NCBI GenBank assembly: GCA_036651575.1 | Contig: JAVVXN010000003.1 | Location: 9,766-73,765, forward strand | DNA length: 64,000 nucleotides | Direction: 5' to 3' | Origin: Raoultibacter sp. | GTDB lineage: Bacteria; Actinomycetota; Coriobacteriia; Coriobacteriales; Eggerthellaceae | Shown here: positions 56,948-64,000 of the stretch, one piece after another | Position numbering within the stretch: position 1 is the stretch's first letter | Layout: the number at the start of each line of letters is the position of its first letter | Position numbers and translations under genes: made by a program | Notes under the pieces: generated by a model | The model's input: the letters and a program-made list of their open reading frames with translations, nothing else | What the model was told of the DNA's origin: nothing | Databases searched by the model: none

Positions 56948-58060
56948 GTGAAAACGCTTGTAATTAAGATTGGTTCATCGACGCTCGTTGATGCTCGGGG
57001 AAAAGTCGATCGTGCCTACCTTGAAAATCTGGCTGCTCAGATCGACGGGGTGCGCGCCGGTGGGTGGCGTCCCGTCATCGTGACTTCGGCGGCAATTGCG
57101 TGTGGCCTTGAGGCGTTGGGGATCGATCAGCGACCGACCGATATGCCCAGCTTGCAGGCGGCGGCATCGGTGGGGCAAAGTGCTCTGTCGACCGCGTACG
57201 CGGAGATATTTGCTCATTACGACATGGTGACGTCGGTCGTGCTGCTTACGCGGCACGATACGGCGAACCGACACGCATATCTACATGCGCGTGACACGCT
57301 GCAACGCTTGCTCGAGTTACAGGTGGTGCCGATCGTTAACGAAAACGACACCGTTTCGGTTGAACAGATTCGTTTCGGCGATAACGACACGCTCGCGGCG
57401 CTTGTCGCTTGTCTGATCCAGGCTGATCAGTGTGTTATTTTTTCCGATATCGATGGTCTTTATACCGCTAATCCTCAAACGGATCCCACCGCGACGTTAA
57501 TTCCGTCCATCGATTTCATTTCGGAAGAAACACTCGCTTCGGCCGGTGGTGCGCTTTCGAAAATTGGAAGCGGCGGTATGATAACAAAGATCAAGGCTGC
57601 CCGTGTGTTGATGGTGGCCGGTATTCCCCTCGTTATCTGCAACGGTCGCACCCCTGATGTTTTGAGTCGTCTTGCGGCGGGGGATCCGGTAGGTACCCGT
57701 TTTGAGGCATACCAAAAGCCGCACGAAATTACTCCGAAAAAACTATGGATTGCACTTGGCGATGCCGTGCGTGGCGCGCTTATCGTCGATGATGGTGCGA
57801 AGGCGGCTTTGACCGCGAAAGGATCATCGCTGTTGTCCGTTGGCGTTGCGTCGGTCGAAGGGTGCTTTGAAGCGGGAGACGTGATCGATATCAAAGATAG
57901 GGCTCATCATATCTTTGCTCGCGGAAAAGCGGGTGCATCGAGTGATGAGGTGAAACTTGCGCGGGGTCTTTCGCAAGCTGAAGTGCAAGACAATCGTTTG
58001 CTCGCCAATATGGCGCACAAACCGGTGGTTCATCGCGATGAATTGGTGGTGTTTGAATGA
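56948..58060 (+). CDS. proB: glutamate 5-kinase
   Basis: 'LVIKIGSSTLVD' and 'NENDTV', with a C-terminal PUA domain. The start is GTG 56948 within ORF 56843..58060. Confidence 0.9.
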   Translation: MKTLVIKIGSSTLVDARGKVDRAYLENLAAQIDGVRAGGWRPVIVTSAAIACGLEALGIDQRPTDMPSLQAAASVGQSALSTAYAEIFAHYDMVTSVVLLTRHDTANRHAYLHARDTLQRLLELQVVPIVNENDTVSVEQIRFGDNDTLAALVACLIQADQCVIFSDIDGLYTANPQTDPTATLIPSIDFISEETLASAGGALSKIGSGGMITKIKAARVLMVAGIPLVICNGRTPDVLSRLAAGDPVGTRFEAYQKPHEITPKKLWIALGDAVRGALIVDDGAKAALTAKGSSLLSVGVASVEGCFEAGDVIDIKDRAHHIFARGKAGASSDEVKLARGLSQAEVQDNRLLANMAHKPVVHRDELVVFE

Positions 58061-59316
58061 GCACGGTAACTCAAATAGCTCACGCAGCGAAGCTTGCTTC
58101 GAAAGCGCTTGCAACAACAACGGGATCCGCGCGCAACCAAGCGTTGTTGTCCATGGCGCAAGCTCTACGAAAAGAGTCGGCGGCCATTCTTGCCCAGAAT
58201 GCTCTCGACGTAAAGGGGGCTCGCGCGGCATCGACGAGTGAGGCATTGCTCGATCGGCTTCTTTTGACCGATGCCCGAATTGACGACATGGCAAAAGCGC
58301 TGGAGGTTCTCGCGAGTCTCGACGATCCTCTGGGGCGGGTGCAAGAGGATCGTACGCTTGAAAATGGTTTGCATATCGAGCGTGTCAGTGTTCCTTTGGG
58401 CCTGGTTGCGATGGTGTATGAAGCCCGTCCAAACGTGACGGCTGATGCGGCTGGAATATGCATCAAAACCGGCAATGCGGCAATATTGCGCGCCGGATCG
58501 CTTGCTGCGCACTCGTGCGTGAAGATCGCTCAGGTGCTTCATGCTGCGGCATGCTCTGCGGGCATGCCCGAAAACTGTATTCGCATTATCGAAACAACGG
58601 ATCGCTCAGCAACCGACGAGCTGATGAGCCTGCATGGTACGGTCGATGTTTTGGTTCCACGGGGTGGCGCGGGGCTTATCCGTCATTGTGTCGAGAACGC
58701 AAAGGTTCCCGTTATTGAAACCGGCGTCGGCAACTGTCATATTTACGTGCACGAATCAGCTGACATTGCCATGGCTGAGTCCATCGTGCTCAACGCGAAA
58801 TGCCAACGCCCCGGTGTGTGCAACGCTGCGGAGTCGTTATTGGTAGACGCGGCGATTGCCCAAAGGGCGCTTACCGCTATTCTGCCCGCTTTAGCGGCTG
58901 CTGGAGTGGTGGTGCATGGTGATGCCGCGACGCAGGCGATAGGGGAGGCGTGCGGTGTGTCGGTACTTGCTGCAACGCAAGACGATTGGGCGACTGAATA
59001 CCTGGCGCTTGAAATGAGCGTGTGCGTTGTTGCGGGACAGAAAGAGGCTATGGACCATATCGATCGCTTCGGTACGGGGCACTCTGAAGCCATCATTGCC
59101 AAAGATGCGGCGGCGGCGGAACGTTTTTTGGCGACGGTGGATGCGGCGGCGGTTTACGTTAACGCCTCAACGCGCTTCACTGATGGAGGGCAGTTTGGCC
59201 TCGGTGCTGAAATTGGCATTTCGACGCAGAAGCTTCATGCGCGCGGGCCTTTTGCCGCCAACGCTTTGACTTCGTACAAATACATTATTCACGGAGCAGG
59301 TCAGGTGCGCGGGTGA
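58057..59316 (+). CDS. proA: gamma-glutamyl phosphate reductase
   Basis: 'VYEARPNVT' and 'CNAAESLLV' (catalytic Cys). ATG overlaps the proB stop. Confidence 0.95.
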   Translation: MSTVTQIAHAAKLASKALATTTGSARNQALLSMAQALRKESAAILAQNALDVKGARAASTSEALLDRLLLTDARIDDMAKALEVLASLDDPLGRVQEDRTLENGLHIERVSVPLGLVAMVYEARPNVTADAAGICIKTGNAAILRAGSLAAHSCVKIAQVLHAAACSAGMPENCIRIIETTDRSATDELMSLHGTVDVLVPRGGAGLIRHCVENAKVPVIETGVGNCHIYVHESADIAMAESIVLNAKCQRPGVCNAAESLLVDAAIAQRALTAILPALAAAGVVVHGDAATQAIGEACGVSVLAATQDDWATEYLALEMSVCVVAGQKEAMDHIDRFGTGHSEAIIAKDAAAAERFLATVDAAAVYVNASTRFTDGGQFGLGAEIGISTQKLHARGPFAANALTSYKYIIHGAGQVRG

Positions 59317-59993
59317 TCACGGTCAGTGAACGTTTTGATACGCTGGGGGCGGATGATCCGAATACAACGTATCGCCTCGGTATTATGGGCGGCACGTTTG
59401 ACCCCATCCATATTGGACATTTGGCCTGTGCCGAGCAGGCTCGTGACACCTTTGAGCTTGATGCGGTTATTTTTATTCCAGCAGGCGCTCCGGTGTTCAA
59501 GAAAAACCAGGTAATCACTCCCGCCCGACAGCGTTTTGAGATGTGTCGGTTGGCCGTGCAGAGCAATCCGGCATTCGATGTAAGCGATATCGAAATCAGG
59601 CGCGATGGCGATACGTATACGGTTGACACGTTACGAGAGTTGCGCGCCCACTATCCATCCAATGTCGAGCTTTACTTCATAACCGGCGCCGACGCTGTTT
59701 TCAGTATTGTTCGCTGGCGCGAGAGTGCGGCCATCGCCGATTTAGCGCAGTTGATCGCGGTTACGCGACCGGGGTATACCCTGTCAAGCGACAAGCGCGC
59801 CTATCTCGCTGAAAACTCAAATTTTTCGGTTACGTATGTGGAGGTGACGGCCCTTGCTATATCTTCGAGCGATTTACGACATCGGGTTGAGCAGGGTAAA
59901 TCGATTCGTTATCTGACTATGCAGCGGGTTTTTGATTACATTCATGAAAAAGGACTTTATACTACGACGGAGAGACTGAGGTGCCAAAAGTAA
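59313..59993 (+). CDS. nadD: nicotinate-nucleotide adenylyltransferase
   Basis: 'GIMGGTFDPIHIGH' and 'ISSSDLR'. GTG 59313 overlaps the proA stop. Confidence 0.9.
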   Translation: MITVSERFDTLGADDPNTTYRLGIMGGTFDPIHIGHLACAEQARDTFELDAVIFIPAGAPVFKKNQVITPARQRFEMCRLAVQSNPAFDVSDIEIRRDGDTYTVDTLRELRAHYPSNVELYFITGADAVFSIVRWRESAAIADLAQLIAVTRPGYTLSSDKRAYLAENSNFSVTYVEVTALAISSSDLRHRVEQGKSIRYLTMQRVFDYIHEKGLYTTTERLRCQK

Positions 59994-60105
59994 GTCGAAA
60001 TATTTTGTAAAGATCTGAGGCGGCGCGATTGTTTTTTATTTGCGAGAAATAAGGCGTTGAGCGTGGAGATGCTGAGAGTGGTATGGATGAAGGTGGGTGA
60101 TGGTG

Positions 60106-60762
60106 ATGACGGTGGAAAAACCTTTTGATGATGAGAACTATCATCGTATGCAGCAAGAATTGAGAGCGCGCGTAGGGGGCTCTCGCTACAAGCACAGTGT
60201 TGGAGTTGCGGATACGGCGGCTCATCTGGCAGACGTCTACGGCTATGATGTGCGTCAGGCTCGCATGGCTGGTTTGGTGCACGATTGGAATAAGGCCTAC
60301 ACCCGTCAGGAAGAGTGCCAATTGGTGCTCGAATTCGGCTTGGATATCAATCCTCTTGTTGTCGATCAGATGCCCTGGCTTCTTCACGGCCCGACTGCGG
60401 CTGCTGTTCTTGCTCGTGATTATCCCGAATTGGGAGACGCTGTTTTTCGGGCGGCGGCACGCCATACCTCTGCATCTCCTCATATGATGCCTCTTGACAT
60501 GATCGTTTATATTGCCGATCTTATCGAACCAAACCGCACGTTTCAGGATGTCGACGATGTCCGCCGCGCAGTGGGGCAGGTCTCTCTTGAAGAGCTATTC
60601 TTTATGTCGTTAAAGCAAACGGTGTTGTTTTTGATCGAGCACAATAGATATCTGCATCCCGATACCATTGAGGCGTGGAACCATTACGTGACGTTGGTGC
60701 CCGCAATGCAGAAAAGCCGATTGTCTCATGGCGGCACAGGAGATGTGCTTTCGTCATACTAG
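60106..60762 (+). CDS. yqeK: HD-domain phosphohydrolase YqeK
   Basis: 'RYKHSVGVADTA' and 'GLVHDWNK', in the conserved position after nadD. The start is ambiguous (60097, 60100 or 60106). Confidence 0.8.
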   Translation: MTVEKPFDDENYHRMQQELRARVGGSRYKHSVGVADTAAHLADVYGYDVRQARMAGLVHDWNKAYTRQEECQLVLEFGLDINPLVVDQMPWLLHGPTAAAVLARDYPELGDAVFRAAARHTSASPHMMPLDMIVYIADLIEPNRTFQDVDDVRRAVGQVSLEELFFMSLKQTVLFLIEHNRYLHPDTIEAWNHYVTLVPAMQKSRLSHGGTGDVLSSY

Positions 60763-60901
60763 CTGAGGTACTCTTTCGTAATGACTGATATGGTTTTCTT
60801 GGTACAGAGAATTATCTTCTAGTCCTTCCCGTATGAGAAAGAGAGCGATAGCAGCATATGCGCTCGGCAAACGTTTCCAATCCGAGCTGATGTGTTGAGT
60901 C

Positions 60902-61240
60902 CTATGGTGTGGGAGGTTGCTCCTCAAGTGTTTTTATAGCGCCATCGGAAGGTGGTGTGTTTCGTTTGCAAACCTGATAGCCCAGATGAGAAATTTCACC
61001 CTTGCTTTTACCGCAGGGGTAGGCGCACCAAAGGCCACTGTAATGGCATTTGATTGGTTGTGGCCGCACTTCAGCGGAGAGGTCACGTCCGCATTTTTTG
61101 CAGAGTAAATCCTTTCCAGCGATGATGTCGCGTCGGTCGAAAATGGTGCATATGCCACAGGTCGGGCATGTGTACGATTTTTTTGGTGCGGGCTGACACT
61201 TGCCGCAAAATGGGTTGCAAACCCAACATCCTCCGGGCAT
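60902..61240 (-). CDS. Cys-rich small protein (multiple CxxC zinc-ribbon motifs)
   Basis: Strong RBS (AAAGGAG, 5 nt, ATG). 112 aa with 13 Cys, including C5xxC8, C12xxC15, C25xxC28xxC31 and C47xxC50. Confidence 0.65.
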   Translation of the reverse strand: MPGGCWVCNPFCGKCQPAPKKSYTCPTCGICTIFDRRDIIAGKDLLCKKCGRDLSAEVRPQPIKCHYSGLWCAYPCGKSKGEISHLGYQVCKRNTPPSDGAIKTLEEQPPTP

Positions 61241-61732
61241 TTTTACTCCTTTGTCCCAAATGAAAGCGCATGATTTTCGCGCGATATGCCGATAGTTTCC
61301 TCCGTAGGGTACGAACAGTCGGTGGCGATACCCTGTTATTGATCTTTCTGCGAGAATATTTTATAGGTAAAATGCCAGTTCATATTCGCTTTACAAGAAT
61401 CAGATGATTGGTTTTTAAGAGCCGTTAACAGGAAAGTTCCAAAAAATTTTCAAATTGCGGTGGCTCTAAATTTTAAAATGTGTAAACTAGTCTCTATCGC
61501 GGTGCGAACAGATTGGATAGCGAGATGGGGTGGTGGATAGACTTCTTTATTGCCCTGAAAGAGGAGAATATCATGGCGTTGGGAAGGCATATCCTCACGG
61601 CGGTATGAAACCTTATAATCTGGTACCGAAGGCTATACTCCACGTATCGTACTCACGGTCGTAGCCTTTTCTCATAGAGATGTGTTGGTCGTTGCTTGCT
61701 TGGAAATTTCTTTTATGAGAAAGGGGCAAGAG

Positions 61733-63424
61733 ATGTTTTCAGAAGCTGTTCAAGGAAAATCTGAAAAAAATACTCTAAAATTGGTGGGTTTCAAGGCGCT
61801 CCTTGGTTGGCATTACCTTGTTTTGTTCTCGCCGCTTCTACTGAGCCCTGCGGGTCCCCGTGCTTTTTCTTTTTTCTTTGAACGCCAGCTGACTCTCTAT
61901 TGCTCGATTGCTCTTGCCTTTGTGCTTGTTGCTTTTATCGGTAAGAGCTTTTTGAAAAAAAATAAGACGACACCGTCCCCTGTTTTGCTGTGGTGCGTTG
62001 GAGCGGTTGCGACTTGCGCGACAATTCTCTCAGTTTTCGTGCTCACTTCACCGTCGATTGTTTTACATCTTGCCGTAACGGTTATTTTGGGGTTCAGTGA
62101 AGCTTTCTTGATGTTTTTGTGGCTTCATTACTATCAGGTGGCAGCAGGTCATCATCTGTATCGATCTTTGGCAATCGACATGATTTTCGGAGCGTTTATC
62201 GGGTTTATTGCTTGTATCTTGCAGTCTCCCTTCTCTTTGCTCTTCGTAATTTCTTTGCCTCTGATTGCTTCGGCTTCTCTTATATTCAACTGGCAGTCGG
62301 TGGAACCGCAGGAGCCCGATGCTGAAGCGATAGGGGTAACGCCCGAATCGATGCCTTCCCAAAAAAATATCTACCGGCATTTCTTAAAAACCATTTTACC
62401 AACGGTGGTATTTGCATTTGTGTTTGGTTTGCTACAGGGTGGGTATATCGAAAATGGAATAACGCTCCTGATGGCCTCTGATCCGCTTATTATTCTTGGT
62501 ATTGCTGTTTGCGGTTGTTTGATTTTTGCTATTCCCGAAGATCCTGGCGGACACTCGGATATTGATATATTGCACCGCCTTTCAATGTTGCTGTTTGTTT
62601 TGGGAATTTTGGGGCTGCTGTTTTTTGGCGGCGGGAAATCTTCTGTAGTTTCCGAAGCGGCGATAATGGCTGGCTTTAATCTGTTCGATTTCGGTGCTTT
62701 AATCCTTGGGATTGGCATGGCACGTCGGCTTCATTTAAAAGGACTGCTCTTTATCGATGGCGGCCGAGCTCTTACGTATTTTAGTCTTGCTACTGGCTTG
62801 CTCGTCGGCCGTCAAATCATGCTTTTTTCAGGTGGTGGGGAATCTGTTTTGTATCTCATTAGCGGCATTGCGATTGCCTTGCTCGTCGCTACGTCGTTGA
62901 CGCCCTTCCGGGAGCCGGAGTCGTTTGATCAGCAGGTTCGGGCAAAAATTGATCAGCAGGTTCGGGAAAAAATGTCTTTTTCGGATGGGGGCGTAGCTGC
63001 TGAGACGGTGGTGCCTGGCGTTGGACTGACTCCTGGCGTGGTATTGATGGAGAAACAGAGTGAAACGAGGCGCTCACCAGCTGGTGTTGTTAAGGTTCCC
63101 GCTCAAAAAGGGGCATCGGTCGGTGGGGGTTCGTCTCATGGGGAGAGTCAGCCTCCTTTAGCGGAAACTCCCTGGCGCCGAGTGTGCCATGAAATTGCCC
63201 AGCTCTACAAACTGTCGGCGCGAGAAACTGAAGTGTTCCTTTTGATTGCAAAAGGGCGCAATGCCGAGTATATTCAGCAGGAGCTTGTTATTTCTACCCA
63301 TACGGCTAAGACGCATATTGCGAATATTTATCACAAACTCGGGGTGCACTCTTCGCAAGAAATGTTAAGCCTTATCGAATCGTTTAAAGCGCAAGGTAAA
63401 ACGAATCCTCCTTTCAAGGAGTGA
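61733..63424 (+). CDS. membrane-anchored LuxR-family transcriptional regulator
   Basis: About 10 or more TM helices at the N-terminus, and a C-terminal HTH 'LSARETEVFLLIAKGRNAEYIQQELVISTHTAKTHIANIYHKLGV'. The start could be ATG 61733 (RBS AAAGGGG) or 61715. Confidence 0.8.
   Translation: MFSEAVQGKSEKNTLKLVGFKALLGWHYLVLFSPLLLSPAGPRAFSFFFERQLTLYCSIALAFVLVAFIGKSFLKKNKTTPSPVLLWCVGAVATCATILSVFVLTSPSIVLHLAVTVILGFSEAFLMFLWLHYYQVAAGHHLYRSLAIDMIFGAFIGFIACILQSPFSLLFVISLPLIASASLIFNWQSVEPQEPDAEAIGVTPESMPSQKNIYRHFLKTILPTVVFAFVFGLLQGGYIENGITLLMASDPLIILGIAVCGCLIFAIPEDPGGHSDIDILHRLSMLLFVLGILGLLFFGGGKSSVVSEAAIMAGFNLFDFGALILGIGMARRLHLKGLLFIDGGRALTYFSLATGLLVGRQIMLFSGGGESVLYLISGIAIALLVATSLTPFREPESFDQQVRAKIDQQVREKMSFSDGGVAAETVVPGVGLTPGVVLMEKQSETRRSPAGVVKVPAQKGASVGGGSSHGESQPPLAETPWRRVCHEIAQLYKLSARETEVFLLIAKGRNAEYIQQELVISTHTAKTHIANIYHKLGVHSSQEMLSLIESFKAQGKTNPPFKE
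62925..62972 (+). repeat. two tandem copies of a 24-bp unit inside the LuxR gene
   Basis: 'TTGATCAGCAGGTTCGGGCAAAAA' and 'TTGATCAGCAGGTTCGGGAAAAAA' match at 23 of 24 positions. They are in frame and encode '(F)DQQVRAKI' and 'DQQVREKM'. Confidence 0.9.
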
Positions 63425-63497
63425 TACGGGTGCTTCTACGATGGCGATAATGGTGCTGCATTAATTCATGTTGACCGAATTTGAAGGAGAATAAATT

Positions 63498-64000
63498 ATG
63501 TCTTCCGCTGAAACCAATGAAACGCCGATCGACCTGGAAGCTTTTAAGCTTTCGGCCTACGACAGGGTACGAATTGAGATGCCGGCTCCGCTTCTCGTGT
63601 CGAAGGAAGATATCGATTCCCAGCTTTTCCCCTACATCGCTACCGCCCCAAAAGGTTCATCTCTGCACGGTTTGGAGGATTTGGATGATGCTTGGGTGGC
63701 AGAAAACTTTCCGGAAATTAATGGCATCGAAGGACTTCGCGATCTTATAGCGGCGCGCATTAAGAAAGATAATGAATTTTCCTATGAAAACCTTAAGTTT
63801 GCCCAATGTGCCGATGCTCTCATAGATCGTCTGGAAGGGGAGATCTCTGAAGAAGCGGTTGCTGCCAATCTCGATGAAGTGCGTAAACGGAGCGAAGCAA
63901 TGATCGGGTCTTTCGGGCTGGCTAAGAAACAGTACTTGAAGGAAGAGGGGATAACCGAGGTAGAGTATGAAGAAAAGCTCAAGGAAGAAACAAAACATGA
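63498..64000 (+). CDS. partial ORF, possibly related to the trigger factor C-terminal domain; 3' end outside window
   Basis: RBS 'GAAGGAG' then ATG 63498. My own translation has no stop up to the window end ('MSSAETNETPIDLEAFKL...EEKLKEETKH'). The helical, acidic composition is reminiscent of trigger-factor-like chaperone domains. Confidence 0.45.
   Translation, partial: MSSAETNETPIDLEAFKLSAYDRVRIEMPAPLLVSKEDIDSQLFPYIATAPKGSSLHGLEDLDDAWVAENFPEINGIEGLRDLIAARIKKDNEFSYENLKFAQCADALIDRLEGEISEEAVAANLDEVRKRSEAMIGSFGLAKKQYLKEEGITEVEYEEKLKEETKH

Overview
This 64-kb chromosomal window comes from a Gram-positive, moderately GC-rich genome. Gene content and synteny suggest an Actinomycetota/Coriobacteriia-like organism, but I cannot verify that without a database search. 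All calls rest on motifs read from the supplied translations and on hand inspection of the DNA.

The window has three blocks:
- **1-19.7 kb, housekeeping.** prfB (5' end outside the window), a split transketolase, ftsE-ftsX, an S41 C-terminal processing peptidase, RNase R, DegV, a MarR regulator, a type II fatty-acid synthesis operon (acpP-fabK-fabD-fabG-fabF-fabZ plus a fused accD-accA), a convergent DEAD-box helicase, a small zinc-ribbon membrane protein, and tRNA-Glu(UUC).
- **19.9-51.5 kb, a cell-envelope glycopolymer locus of about 32 kb.**
  - Two GtrA-like proteins, a CapD-type dehydratase and galE.
  - A PpgS-like GT2 with a DUF2304-like partner, a GtrB-like GT2 and a YfhO-family protein.
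  - Two secreted peptidoglycan hydrolases with CWB2 repeats, and an uncharacterised polytopic membrane protein.
  - A long co-directional gene row: ExoA-like GT2, licD-tarI-tarJ, wzy, a wzz-like gene with a degenerate kinase domain, a second licD with an aminotransferase and a fused cytidylyltransferase-oxidoreductase, and GT2-GT4-wzx-GT2-GT4.
- **52-64 kb, housekeeping.** polA, rplU-rpmA, obg-proB-proA-nadD-yqeK, a Cys-rich small protein, a membrane-anchored LuxR regulator and a partial trigger-factor-like ORF.

I found no transposase, integrase, CRISPR array or rRNA.

The most interesting observations are:
- a licD-linked cassette for a second, non-ribitol CDP-activated head group, built on a gene fusion;
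- duplicated parts for lipid-carrier-dependent extracytoplasmic glycosylation;
- CWB2 hydrolase paralogues embedded in the glycan locus that share a 495-bp perfectly identical segment;
- a fatty-acid operon whose carboxyltransferase carries a vestigial biotin-carboxylase N-domain, with no fabH, accB or accC in the window.
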